Of a DNA stretch of 64,000 nucleotides, positions 24,801 through 39,800 are shown one piece after another. This DNA comes from Torpedo marmorata (taxonomy: Eukaryota): NCBI GenBank assembly GCA_977017645.1, contig OZ360224.1:177692001-177756000 (forward strand), given 5' to 3'. The notes beneath the pieces are model-generated. The model saw only the letters and a list, made by a program, of their open reading frames with translations, had not been told where the DNA came from and did no database searches. Each line of letters begins with the position of its first letter. The stretch's first letter is position 1. Position numbers and translations under genes: made by a program.

Positions 24801-27800
24801 AAGTGGAAAATATTATAGGACAAGTGATTTCAAAGACTAATTTAAATGCATTAGAAATTAAAAAGCCTGATCTGGGATCTCTTGTGGAAAACAATTACGT
24901 CTGATATGTCATAATACAAGATTACCTACAATGGAAAAAACTTGCAGCCAGTAACATGAACATTATTTTAAGCAGCATAATCACATACATTGCTTTGAAT
25001 TAAATTCAAGACTCATCCATAAGACTGCAAGAGTCTGCTGAAACACAGGATTTATAATTATTCTCTGTACATCTGCCGGAAGTACAAGCAGACATTGCCA
25101 CAGAGGTAGCAACAGAACATATGAGGCCTTTGTTAACAAGGAAATCAACAGACCATCTTGGCCAGTGAGGTTTGTGGAATTTAAATTTTTTAATTTGGAT
25201 ACAGCACGGTAACAGGCCCTTCCGGCCCACAAGCATGGGCTGCCCAAATACACCCATGTGACCAATGAACCAGCTACCCTGTACGTCTTTGGAACGTGGG
25301 AGGAAACTGGAGCACCCAGAAGAAACTCATGCAGATATGGGGAGAACGTACAAACTCCTTATAGACAGCGCCAGATTCGAACCCGTGTCGCTGGCGCTGT
25401 AAGAGTGCTGCACTAATGGTAGTGTCCTAATACACAGAGAAAAGATGGGTAAGAAACTGGGTAACATAATCAATTCAGCTGTGCACTGCTCAGGCATTTC
25501 TATTCAGCAAAACATGCCAAATATTGGCTGCTTTGTGAGAGAAAACAAATCATTTGGATCACTATTGAATTTGCTGCCTTCTCTTCATGGTTTCTAATCT
25601 TTCTCCTTGTCATGCTGAAAGGTTGTGCATACACAAGCTTGAACTTAAAGGTCAGGCATACAAGGGGTCAAACTGAAAGGTCAGATAAGGAGGCTGCATC
25701 CAGGTCTCATGAGGCCAGGCTGCTGTCACTTGATTACTCATCTCGTGAATTAGTCCCTGTCCCTGTGGGCAGGAATGGGTCTCTGCTTGACGGTTTTCTC
25801 CAAAGAACCCAGAGGATCAGCAATCAAAGGCCAGTGACTTAACAGTACAGGATCATTGTCACGTTAAACTCAAAACTTACTGAAAAATTTAGAAAGCACA
25901 AACTGAAATTTCAATTTAATTCCCATCCTTTTGGTAACGACTAATCTACACACTTGCACTCAGTTGAACAGATGCACACAGTTTAGCACAGCACTCAGTT
26001 GAACAGATGCACACAGTTTAACAGTGCAATACACAAAAAGCTCATACCTTGACAAAGGGTTCAGGCCCGAAACGTTGTTACCCTTTACTTCCTATAGATG
26101 CTGCGTGACCTACTGAGTTTCTCCAGCACTTTTGTGTATTGCACTACAATCATAGTGTCTGCAGACTTTCCGGTTTAACTCCACACAGTTTAACACTACA
26201 ATTTTATCTTCTGATATAATCACACCAGGTTTTTGCTCCTTCATTACTTTCTTCAGATATGCTACCATACCTGTTTTGCGCGCTTCCTCGCATCATCTAG
26301 CCCTCTTCCCCGATCGACAGAACGCTGCACAACCTTCTCCCATCGAGCTTGAACACTGATCAACAAGTTTTTAATGAGCACCACATCCTGCTTCTGACTG
26401 AAGTACTTCAGGTGGGTTCCGGTCTTGTCCAGGTCAATTATTTTCTCACGGTGTGAGTTGACTTCATTGGCAAAAACCTGAAAACATTGCAGCAAAGTGC
26501 AATGTGAGAAGTATGCCAAGGCTCAAGCTTATTATGAAATTATCTGCTTAGAGTCTTAAGTACCTTGTGTTCATCAATCTGGAACAAAATGGTGTCCAGA
26601 ATGAGACTCGGCGATGCGGCTAACGTCAAACTTTGTTCTGCTTGAGTCAACCAGTTGATGAACTCTTGAAGGGAGTTGTGGAACTCTGTGGCTAGATTGA
26701 GGGCCTCCTCCAGTTTAACCTGCACATGAGACATAGATCAATTAGAAAGCCCAATTTAGGTAGTTCGCACAGGATGTTCCTACCTGTCCATCATTTGGGC
26801 TTAGTTCTTCCTCGCCTATATGTGTACTCTGGCTGGCTGGGCACTTTCTTTAGCCTCACTATTTACAACAGAAACCAAGGAGCTTAATGTGCTCATAATT
26901 GCCCCCATTATCACATTTGGACTCAAGCCTATAAGAGATGCTCCTTTTGTTCTAACCAACCTGTTTATTTCTTTTTTCCCAGTTCTGACAAAGAATCCCA
27001 GACCCCTATTTCTCTTTCCTCAGATGCTGTCTAACCTGCTGAGTATTATTTTCTGCTTTTATTATGATCAATTATTTCATCCCAAACACATGTTGCCCAC
27101 TCAGTGAATTCACTCATCAAATTACAACAGGGGCTACTCTTCCAGCATTTTCGGCAAAGTGCCTTTGGACAAGGTATGATTGCTCTATAACGCGGTGGTG
27201 GGCTGTGTTGACATCTAGGGATCTCAGCTGAGGGAGAGCACTGAGCAGCATTCTACATTCACCAAGCATCACCAACCAACTCCGTGACTGCTCGTTCTAT
27301 CACTTCGGGGTGAAGCCTCCCCATTTCCCACAAGCTTCCCACCTGTGACCTCTGCTGAACTATTTAATTCAGATCGTGACCCATTTAATGCTTAACGTTC
27401 ACAATCGTTAAAAATGCTCACTCTTTTTAAAAAAAAACACACTAATTTACAGCGCTAACATTCAATGTCCAAGCTTCTTTTAGTGATCATCGGGTTCAAA
27501 GTCAAATGCAGCTGCTCAAACTCTGATGAAGCACTTTAGGCCGTCCTACTGCTTTTCAGGTTTGGGCTGGACTTGTAAGCTAATCAGGAAAACACATGCT
27601 AATAATCTGCGTAAGGGCATTAAACGGAGATAAAGAACATTGCAGCAAAGGAACAGGCCCTTCGACCCATGATGCCTGCACTGAGAACACCACCAAATTA
27701 AACTAAATATCTGCTGCCTGCTCATATCTCTTCATTCTCTACATATTCATGTCTATGTGTTTTAAATGCTACGAGTGTATCTCCTCCCACCACTACCCGT

Positions 27801-30800
27801 GGCACCCTGTTCCAGGTACCTCCTCCCCTCAATATTTCACGAGCAAACGCTTAATCTGGCACCTTTCTTTCTGTTAGTTTTATTTCAACAGATTCCCATC
27901 TTTCTTTCAGGTTGTTGATGCCTTCCTCCAGGTTGCTGACACCGGCTTTCCTGTGGCTCTGCTGCCCCTTATTTATCAGGTTCTTGTAGATCTCCTCTTT
28001 GGCTCTAAACACGGCACAAAGCTCCTACAAGGAAAAAAATCATCTCCTCGTTAGTTTTCAAGTGTTTCCATACATTCACACTCCCACAACTATCAGCTAA
28101 AGACCAAAAGAGAGAGGGAGGGAGGGAGAGGGGGAGGGGAGAGGGAGATGGGAGAGCAACAGAGCAAATGCATCAGAACTATACTGCCACTTAGATTAAA
28201 TTACAAACACAAACTACACAACCTTTGGGTAGTAGTCCCTTGAGTTTAGAAGATTAAAGACTGGTCTGACTGGGGTACTGAAAAGTAGAAAAAGGTTCAA
28301 AAGGGTTGGTGGAGGAAACTATTTAATTCAGGTCGTGACTCCACAATTGGGACGTAATGTTAAAGTTGGAGGCTGCCTCAGGAAGCACTTTATTGCATAA
28401 ATAGTTGTGGAAATGAAGAATGCTTTCCACTGAAGTTTGTTGTACTGGAGCTTGGAACTCCCTTTGTGAATGTCACTGGCCCCACCTCAGGTGGGAGTGA
28501 GCTGTCAGGGGAAATGGCAGAGGCAGGTACATTGACCGTGTTTACAAGACATTTAGGTGGGTACACGCACAGGAGTGGTTTCAAGCGACATGGGCCAAGC
28601 GCGGGTAAATGGGACTAGACAACTTGGTTGGCATGGACAAGATGGGCTAAAGGGCCTGTTTATGTGCTTTAAAACTCTACAAGTAGGCTGAACATTAGCT
28701 GAGATTCACCCAAACAATCACCATGGACACAAGTGGGCACAATCTATATAAATTGATTCCTGGAATGAAAGAGTTGAGTTTAAACTCATTGGGGTTCAGA
28801 CAGGACAATCCCCCTGGTTAGGGTATCTAGAAATAAGTATCAGAATAAGGGGTCACCTCTTTAATGCAGAGTCGAGAAGAAACGTGTTCTCTCGAAGAGG
28901 AGTGACTCTTCAGAATTTTCTACCCCAGACAGGTGAGAAGAGGGACACATTATATGGTTTCAAGGCAGAGATTGACAGGCATTGCAACTAAGACAGAATA
29001 GGGGGACAGAGAGAGTGTGCGGGAATGTGAGGCCTACATGTCATTGGGTGCCAGAACAGGTTGGGTGGGTCTACTTCTGCTCGCATTTCTTCTACAACCT
29101 GAAGTAACATTTTCTTCAGATCAGTCTTGTTGTCATGAAGCAATCCCTACTTTGTTCCATCTCATTCACTGACACAGGAAGCTCTCCCAGCCATGCCCCT
29201 TTTACAATGCATACCAGATGGGCGTTGAGCTGCTCTCTGGCCGTTTCTGGCAGACCTCCAACGGGTTTTGATGCCGACAGCTGCCGCTCAGTCTCGACCA
29301 GCCACCGCTGCATATCGTCAATCTCGCTCTGGAAACCCTGAGCCTGCACCAGATAAAGCAACAATATCATCACATTCTGCCACGCAGAACAGGAGCAACT
29401 CCCTCCCATTTTTTCATGCACCCTTGTATCGTTCTCTTCCCAGTTTTACCAATTATCAAACCAAGCCAGAGATGGTCACACCTCAGTAAAATGTTTGAGA
29501 ATACGAGAATTAAGAGTCTGCTAATTAGAGCAAGTGTCGGAAAAGTTTCAGAGTGTGGGAATTAAGGGTTATGGAGCAAAGGCAGATTAGTGGAGCAATG
29601 TTCTTGTTCTTGTTGAATGGCATTGCAGGCTCGACGGGCCAGATGGCCTCCTCCTGCTCCTACTTCTTATGTTCTTATGTTTTTGAACTGGAATTCGCTG
29701 ACTGAATTCATGCCATTTGGGGAGGTGTTTTTCCACAGGAGGTCAGAAAGTTTGACTCCCATTACAAATACTGATCCCCTGGAAGTGACTAGTGTGTGCA
29801 GGAGAGCCGCAAATGGTCACAACATCTCCCTCCTGCCTATCCTCTTGCCCAACAATTCATGAGTGGCACGGGCTTGTGGGAAGAAGTCACGTGACTGCCC
29901 ATCCCTAAACTACAAAGGACATCTTTTAATTGCATTATATTCGCAGGGGATTCAAAGGAATAAAATGGAAGAATATTCCCAGATACGAATAATCAATATG
30001 GAGGAGGGTAACAGGTCGTTTCTGGATGTGCACTTGGATATTGTGACCCACAGGGCTGGAAGGTGGAATGAGAGTGGGTAGATATTTGTTTTCCCCAGCA
30101 TGCACTCAAAAGGACAAGTGCCTCTAGAATGGTAACTGTTTAATGAATTAAATTTAACTGTCCTCCTTTGACAATTTAACTTTTTTCAATTTCAGCCACT
30201 GTTTCTCCAGATTTGATTGAACCCTGGAAACTGCTACTTAGTTTATCTGTGTACAAATTAATTCTGATCAGTGTGAAATTTTAAACAAGAACAGAGAGTT
30301 CTGGAAATACTCTGCAGGACAGGCAGCGTCTGCAGAGGGAGAAACAAAGGTTACTTTTCAGGTCGAAGACATTTCATTTCTAATATCCAGCATCTGCATT
30401 TTTTCCCCAATTTTTTGAGGGATGAAATTGTACCCCCTCTGGTCAATAACCAAGTGCTGTTTAAAATTTATTTGTTTCTCGTAATGCAGATGTTGCATAT
30501 ACAATCCTAAAAAAATTAAAATTGTACCCCCTCTGGACAATGTCAGAGTGCTATTGAAAATGCATTTGTTTCTGGTAATGCTGATGTCGCATAAAATAGC
30601 ATTGAGTGCATTTAGCAGCACTGCTTAGTGTGGGCACGAGCAAGCTGGCGACTAATCCTCTGCAGGGTCACACCTGGATGAGTGAATGGTGCAGTTGCAG
30701 TTGCTGCTGGGCAGTTTGTTCCAGTACATTCTTCCAGCGCTGGTTCAGGCTTTCCAGTTTGCTCTGTAAACTGCTGGCTTCCTCCACGTCACTCGATCCC

Positions 30801-33800
30801 AGCAGAGCATTCCCAGCTTTGTTCACCGTCTCCACCGTAGATTTGTGAGCCAGAACGTCATTCTGCAGCACCTAAAAATAGAGAGCATGCCTTTGACAGA
30901 TTCTGGTTCGGAGCTAAGGCCACTGCTCCAGATCTGAGCAGGGCATAGGTTAAAACAATCGTCACAGTGAAGGAGCAAAACCGAAAGAGGCAACCCTGAT
31001 TGCTTTTGTTGGCCATATATATGAACAATTAAGACTTCCAGGGCTTTGGGTCAGGTGAGTACTCAGCTTGTTACCTCCGAATGCCAAGGCACACGCCTCA
31101 CTTGACAGTGCCTTGTTGCATCCAAGCACAAGCAATCTCAAAAGAAAGGAAAGAGGCAAAAATTGAAGAGAATAACAAGCCATCAAATAGCTAAAATTCA
31201 AGAAGGGAATGCTCACGATCCTGATGCCAGTGAAAATCAACATTAGCTTTGGACGCATGTTAGACCTCTGCCAGGCCACTTGGATCATAAGGCTCAAACC
31301 TCCAGAGTGGCCGACTCTTCCAGGGAGTCCCATTCCACTATAGCCCAGGAGAGCTCAGAGCTGAACTCCGCATTCAAGTTACTTTTATGTGAATGGAACC
31401 AAAAATCAATGCTATGAAAGCAACACTGCTTACTGACTCTCTGAAAAATGCAGATTTTGTGGCAGGAATTTATAATTTAAGAAAAGCACAATCTTGCATA
31501 AAACTGAGCTATTTGACAATGCTGTACTCTTTAATTACATCTGCAATCTGAATTTCAAAGATAAGTTATTCTAAGTTGATAAATGATGCCTTGTTAAAAA
31601 GTATCAGACCCTAAATTTTCATTACCAAAACATTATTGATAGGGTTAAAAATCATGAGTATAGGTCAACTAATCTGCAAACATGACCCAGCCAATCATCT
31701 TTCTGCATGGGATCCTGCCATTGCTTTCAGAGCCTGCTGAAGCTACTTCCCATGTATTATGGGAACATATGGCCTTTCAGACACCGACTGACCAACTGTG
31801 TGTGCTTTCAGAGACAAAGGGACCATGGATTGATGCTCAGCAATGCCACTGTCAGCCATTGTCTGGCTAACCCCCTGTTGATCCTGCCACACAGTCCATA
31901 TGAAAAGGAAGCAGCATGATTTTAAGCAGCACAACTAAATTCATCATTCTGGAGATATTGCTTACCAAGGCCATGTAGCATCAGATTTTATGGCTTGTAT
32001 ACCCAATGAGAACAAAATTGCAGGACAAGGGAAAGAGTAGTCATAAAGTGGACAGCAGTGCAGTGAGCAGAGCTCCTGCCTCACAGCTCCAGCAAACTTT
32101 GTTCAACCCTGACCTCTAATGCTGTCTGTGTGGAGTTTGCATGTTCTCCCTGTCACAACATGGGTTTCCCGCCACATCCAGTTGCCTAACTGGTGACTGT
32201 AAATTTCTCCTCATGTGCACGAGTGGCAGGAGAATCAGGGGAATTGATGAAGACGTGCAAGAGAACAGGTTACAGCGAAATAAGTGGGGCAATAGGTTTG
32301 ATAGGATTGCTTCAACAACCAGCACAGACTCAACAGGCCTAATGGCCTCCTTCTGAGTTTTAAGGAAACATGTGAATGGGATTGCAGGCTACTGGCATCT
32401 TTCAGCTGGCTATATAAATTGCAGGAAGGTAAAATCTGCTTCAGCTTTATCATTAGCCATAGCTATAAGAAATCAATTGTTGAAGGTGGTATTACATACG
32501 TGATGTTTGGCAATTGCAATTTCAATAGCTTTCGGATCTCCACCAACTGTTCTCTGTTCATTTAGCAGCTCCTCGGTGTGAGTCAACCAGGTCATCAGCT
32601 CATCAAGGGCATGTTGGAACTGTCCTAGAGCTAATAGAGCACCCTCCAGTTTATGCTGCAAATACAAACAAATACACACTTAAATGGTGGAACCATCCTG
32701 TTAAATCAGAGCATTCAATTCCTTTCTCCATGGAACTTGAGTCTTCCTATCCCATCAAGGGATTTCATCTTCAGATTCCCAGATGGAGAGTTCAAAATCA
32801 TTGTGGTTTTCCATCAATGTACAATGTAAAAGACAAGAATTCAAATTTTAAAAAGCTTTAGGCCAAACAGATTGACAGAGCTAGGGCTTTTCTCTTTGGA
32901 GCAATGAAGGAAGAGAGGTGACTTAATAGAGTATGTAAAGTTATGAGGGAATATAGATAGGGTGGACAGCCAGCACCTTTTCCCCAGGGTGACAGTAGCA
33001 AATACCAGAAGGCATCTGTTTAAGGTGAGAGGAAAGTTTAGTGGAGGGGTCAGAGGCAAGTATTTTTTTAAATTTTTTTTTTTTTTTTTAGAGAGCGGTG
33101 GGTGCCTGGAATGCATTAACGAGGATGGTGGTGGAGGCTGGTACAACAAGGACAGTTGTACTCTTAAGTAAAACATGAAAATCTGTAGACACCGTGGTTG
33201 AAGTAAAAAACACAAATGCTGGAGAAACTCAGCAGGTCAGTGTCTTTTATGTAGCAAAGGTAGAAATACATAACCGACGTTTCGGGCTTGAGCCCTCAGT
33301 TGTACTCTTAGATGGGCACATAGATGGAAGGTAAATAGAGGGATATGGGTGTGAGGGAGGAAAGGGTTAGATTGTTGAGGAGAAGGTTTACGTAGGTCTA
33401 CGTAGGTCCTCCACGGGCCGAAGGGACGATACTGTGGTCTAATGTTTGATCTAGACTGGCATTTACAGACTGTGAAACCACTGTAGATGCATCACCTGTC
33501 GGTTGACGATTTTGCCGTCCAGATTTTCCCAGAAATGTTTCAGCTCATGTAGAGGCTCCTGCACAACCCGATTGTTATTTTCTTCATTGACTTTCTTCAG
33601 CAACAATTCTCCCTGATGATTTAGCCGCTCCATTTCGATCTGCTGCTGATATGCTTCAGTCTTAAAGTGCTGTTGAAGGTCAGCGTATCAAATCAGGTTC
33701 AGTCACAAAACACTACTTTCCAATTCATAAAGTTTAGTCTGTGCTTTGCACACTATAAATGATAGTAATCTTCAGTTCTTTTCATCAGATTAGTTGCAAA

Positions 33801-36800
33801 TTACATACCTTGAGCTCAGCAATTTGTTGTTTCACGGTCTCCAGATCTGTACCAACTGGGGACATTGTGTTCAATTTACTTTCTGCAAAGTCCATCCAGT
33901 CAAACATGGCCTGAATTTAGTGGAGGAAAATAGCACACAAAATCAGACCCAAGTATCTCAAAAAGTACTTGGAACAGCTGCCAAGAATTTCATCATTAGT
34001 ATTGGTTGTGCTGACCAGCCGTTTAAAGCAGTCAAAATTGTCTCCCCAAGTTACAGGTGCAAATGTTAAAATGAAATGGTTCATAAATGTTCAGAGTCAC
34101 TCAGTGAAGCAGCGAAAAGGAGGGGACATAAATGAAGTTGAATTATTGCCATTTCCCTTTATACCAAATACCTAATTTTCTGCTTCAAATAAGGCACTGA
34201 GTTTAATGTACAGTGTATGCTCAAATTATGTTATGGTGTCTGTTTTGTGTCTCTGCTTGTCCAATTTCATCTATTAAGTTCAGAGGTCATGGTTCTCAAA
34301 CTTCCAATGGTATCCTCCAAGACTACACTCTGGAAAGGTATTCAAGGCACTCCTCATTGTAAACATGTCAAAAGCTGCTCAGGAATTAAGAAAGAACAGC
34401 ACAGCCAGGTTCGTTCTACGTCAAAATACCAAAGTTTTGTACTTATATACATCTGAATTACAGATCTACACTTTATCTGATTATCAGGGTTATGATTATC
34501 TAAACTCCTGTTACCAAAAAATATAATTAACCAAAAGTTCTGCATCCAATGATTTCTATTCCACTTACTTATTCCATAATCTGTAATTACTATAAAGCAT
34601 TTCCCGTTCCTATTTCAGCCAAAGTAATCCAATTTGAGAGATGCAATATGTGACAAATTGTATTTTACATTTAATGCTCTTAACGATGCAATATTTACAC
34701 CTAAGTGACGATTCCCTCAACAGACGTCCCAGAGGCATGCTGTGCAAAGATCATTTGGAATATTAAGAGCCTGGAGCTTCAAGTTTGTCATCACCCAGTA
34801 GTTTAAGGGGAAGCAGAATTACAGGAAGCAAGCATCCAATTTCCTATCCAGCTTTTGAAAGGAGATGATCTCAATCCTGTCAGATTATTCTTAATGGACA
34901 GTTTATTTTGGAAATAAAAAGGGAAACAACTGTATAGTGGCAAGGCATTAGATATCAAAATGTGCAAAAGAATTTCAAAATCAGAAAACAGTACCTGCAG
35001 TGCATCCTGGAACTGAACTGCCTCCTGCATTGCTTCATCCAACCGATCAATGCGATCTTTCCATGCCTTATTCAGAGTATCCCAGGTACTATTCAGCTGT
35101 AAACACAAATATTCAGCCTTAGGATAACAGAGACCAATAAATCCTCCTTTAAAAGCAGAAGTACACCTGTAAATCATTTAATTCACTTACCAACAGTGAT
35201 TCTTTTACAATTAGGATACAAAGTATATATAAAACTCAAAATTAACAGATTCATCTGTCCCCATTTCCTCCACCAGTTCAGTATTATCCCTTATCTGAAT
35301 GACTGAATACAGTTCATAAAATGCCTCGAACCTCACTGCACCACCCCAATAGACCAACCCGAGAGACAATTGCAGTGAAGGGTTATTGAGCCGAGAGCCT
35401 ATTGTACTGGCCATTGCACTGATGGCTAGCTGGCAGTTCTATGCGACCTGCCTGCTAGATGCAGCGTGCATTCAACGTGTTCTAGACACGAGCTCTGCCC
35501 CCAGCTTCATCACCAACTCCACAGGCATTTCATCCGTTGCTGAGCCAATGGACCAGTCACATCTCAGACTGTATGCCAGCCATAGTGTGGCTGCTTTAAC
35601 TTGAATAGGACCTAAACCATTAACGCTGCTTCTCCTTCCACAGTTGCTGCCTCGCCTGCTGAGTATTTCCAGCATTTTCACATAACTGCAGGTTTCCAAC
35701 ATCTGAAACTTTTCTAAAGATGGATTGTTTTCTTTCTAACTTTATTTAAATTAATGGATCAGTTGTGCACTAAGTGAATTCATTATTTTTTATTTGTTTC
35801 ATGAGTTTTTTTTTCTGAAGAAAACAGTTTCTAAATCTCTCTGATCCTCCGAGGCCTTTGGAAACAATGAAAGGAACTTCTGAAGCTGTCTACAGCCAGG
35901 TTGCAGATAGACCGCTCCATCTCGGTTAGGCCTCAGGGCGGCTAGAAGCTGCATGGGAGTGTCAAGGGCAGGTCCGACGTACCTCTTAATTCCCCACTGC
36001 CCATCCAAATGGCCTGAGTCAGCAGTGTGACCGCTTGCCTGGGTGAGTGCGGCTTCAACAACACTCAAGAAGCTCGACACCATGCAGGACAGAACACCTG
36101 ATAGGAACCCCCATCCACATCCATTCGCTCACTGCACCACCAAGGCACAGAAGCAACAATGGGGGGTGGAGACATCTTTCAGTGCTCCTCCACAGAGTCC
36201 AACTGCCCGGCCGTCCTGCCCAAAGTCCCCGTACAGGTTGAATCTGTAGAACAGGGCTGCAGCAGTCCTTTTAACATCGATGTCCATCACCACGGTCAGC
36301 AGCCCAGACCACGAGGGTTCCGGGGGAGCAGCGGACCGTCACAGTACATCAGAGCAGGAGAACAGACCCTGCCGAGAAGGAGAGGCCTGGGAGAGAGCCC
36401 TACAGGCTTGGAGACCACAGCAATGGATCAGCGCGAGCTCGGCAGCTTCTGGGAACCAGGTATCGGGTCCGGGATCTGTGTGGGTGCTGAGGGCGAGCAG
36501 GGTTCCCAAAGGGCCTTGGGCGCTGACAGCTTTCTAATCTCTTTGGGGGTTTGGAACCATAAGTTGAGGAGGGGGGTCATGGACGCCTGGAGCTCGGATT
36601 CACCACTGCACTGGACAGGAGGCTGCGCGGCCACAGAGGTGACAGGAGCACAGGAGGAAGCGCCATCGGAGGAGACGGTGGGCTCCACGGACACTTGACG
36701 ACTCTGTGAGGACTCTCTTTATTTCTTGATAGTGCTGCTGGATAGATGGCGACTCTGTGTGCCTTTCAGGACAAACAAAGGAAAAACTTTTTTTTTTAAT

Positions 36801-39800
36801 GTGTACACAATGGAATCTTGACTCGAGGAGTGGGACAGATACAGACAAAAATGGAATCTGCACATGGATGCTGAGAGCATTGTTTAAAGTACTAAATGAG
36901 TAGTTTGGACCAGCCGGTCTTCATAGGGAAGAGGCTGCTTCAAAAATAATAGAATCAGAATTTATTGCCATGAACATGACACGTGGCATGAAGGAATTAG
37001 GAAAGTTGGTAGACCTAAAAAAGTCACCATAACCAGATGGAATTCCTCTGCACATTATGAAGGAAGTATGGGAAGAAATCACAGGATGCAGCCATAACTT
37101 TCCGATGCTCTTGGATACAGGATGAGGCCAGAGAACTGGAGCGTGGCAAATGTTAATACCTTGTTCAAAAACAAAAAGAAGCACGGATAAGCCTCATAAT
37201 TGTCGGCTGGCTCGTTAACCTCAGTAGTGGAAAAGTGATTAGAAACAGTGACCTGGGACAATTGCCCCCTGGCTGGAATTAGTGAATTCCAGCTAGCACA
37301 GATCATGTTTAACCAACTTGACCGAAGTTTTTGACAGGGTAACAGAATCAATGTGATGTATATGGACTTCCAGAAGGCTTTTGATAAGGTACAACATCAC
37401 CTGCCTATCAACAAGCTGAAGCACGTGGCATCGAAAAGACATTGAAATCCCACAGCTAGATCAGCTGCCATCATATTAAATAGTGGAGTAGGCTTGAATG
37501 GCCTACTCCTGCTCCTATTTCTTCTACCACACCTGGAGTGATGTGTACAAGGATGGGTCTCCTTCTGTAAGGAAGGAAGTAAAGGTGTTGGAAGCAGTTC
37601 AGAGACCAATCTCTGGAATGGCCACATCTTTAATAAGCAGACTGACAACCACCTTTCATCTATTCATGGCACCACAAAGCACACTTTCACTGGACTACGT
37701 ATTTTAAAATTATATTTCTGGACAATGGTTTTTCAGTTGATGTCTACAATTATCCAAGGGGACACACCTCATCCACATTTTTCTTCACCACTGGTTTATC
37801 AGGTTCTCCACAGGCTAAAGTCAGCTCAGCTCCAAGATTCTGAACAATCTCCAACTCTTCCTGAAGTCCATCTATTTCTTCTTTTATTGTCTAGAAAGCA
37901 AAAAAAAAATCAAGCATGACATCTATTAAAACAACTAAGGAGAGAAAAATCTCAGAAAATTACATAAACCTCGAGATTTGCAATGGTCCCTCTAACGATA
38001 ACTACCCATCCCAAGATACCCAGTTTCCTTTAACATCACATGAGAAACATTTTGTCTAAACCTCATTGCAGGCTGGACAAGATTCCACAGACATCCATCA
38101 CCTTCTGGAACTGAGCTCAGTGGCCATTAGTCTCGGCTCAGTTTGGACAACACGAGTTGATGGGATAATTGACTGCAGAAGATACCACTGCTAAGTTTCA
38201 ATATCTTCCCTGTCCTACACTCCCCCACTCCAGTGCCCCCCCCTCCCCCCCAACACCCACAGAAATGCACTCCTTGTTGTGGTCCCTCGTGTAGAAAACC
38301 AGGCCTGGCTAAGTCTGCATTCTTCAGGCCAATGGCCACTGCAGTGATATCCATAAGCAGAGAGCATGGAACAAATGGGAGAACTTCTCTCTGCTCCACA
38401 TTTCCAGTTGGTTCTTTCAGTGAAGGAAACCTAACAAGAACTGTGAACCGAGGGAAGATTTATTCACTCAAGCTTTCCATTGCCTCAATAATGCTGGATG
38501 TCCTTATCTGACAATTGCCTCGCGTCGTTTATGGTATGTTGCCCCTTGGTATTTCTCATGGTAAAAAGAGAAGGCTATTCTGTCCATCGCGCCAATGACA
38601 GCACTCAGAGCAATCCCAGCAACCATAGAATCATGAGCAGCATGGATAATGAATGCTCACCATCTCTTTCGGAGGGGAGATGACTCCAGAACTAGAGGGC
38701 ATAGGTTGAAGGTCAGAGGGGAAGAGATTTACAAGGGATCTGAGGGGCAACCTTTTTCACTCAGATGCTGGTCCGTATCTGGAAAGAGCTGCTAGAGGAA
38801 GCTGTAAAAGTAGGAACATTCTGACATTCATAAGAAATAGGACCAGGAGTAGGCCATCCGGCCCGTCGAGCCTGCTCCGCCATTCAACGAGATCATGATC
38901 TGATCAAAAGACATTTGGACGGATATATGGATAGGAAGGGTTTAGAAGGTTATGGACCAAATGCAGGCAAATGGGACTAGCTCAGAATGCCAGCTTGATC
39001 AGCATGGATGAGTTGGGCTAAAGGGTCTGTCCCGTGCTGTGTGTCTCTATCTCATTCCACCCCGCTAACCTCCATGCAAACTGTTCTCCCTCGTTTGCCT
39101 ATCTACTCCACCCCAATTTCCATGGGGCAGTTCACTGCAATCAATCAAACCACCAACCAGCAGGTGTTTGGGACGTGGGAGGAAACAGGAACACCTGGGA
39201 GAAACCCGGACAGTCACAGGGAGAAGACGCAAACTCCGAAAAGACAGCAGCCGAGGTCAGGGTCAAACTCTGTCCCCAGGTGCGGTCTCAATCTAGGACC
39301 GGCTTTCAGCCAATACTTCATTAACGCTCTGCTGGAGAAGTAGTAAATATAGGCTTGCGATGGAGGTCGGACACAGGCAAGGAGGGGTCGTCTCCTGGGT
39401 AACGTTCATAGCAAGCTGTGAAATCTGCACAAGGCCCAACACCTACTGGGGAAGTGGCTGCGGTACAAAAAAAATGCAAAGGTTCCCCCCTCATCATCAG
39501 AAATTGTGGTCTGGGGTTCAATGAAGTCCAAATCAGATGGATGCAGGTCACAGGACATCGTAAGCTACAGCCTCCCTCCCTTTCCTGCTCCCATCCTCAA
39601 CTTCGAGGGAAAATATTTGCACGACTGCAATGGAACGCCTCCATTACCCCAGAGAGAGCATCCTTTTATCATTCGGGGAAAATTGTGCCTGATCGCTCCA
39701 CCTTCATTAACCATGGACAAGCACTCTTGAAAGACACCAAATCAATTTATTTTTGACGTGCAGCTTTGACCCTCCCTGTATTTCACACCTCTCAATGCCT

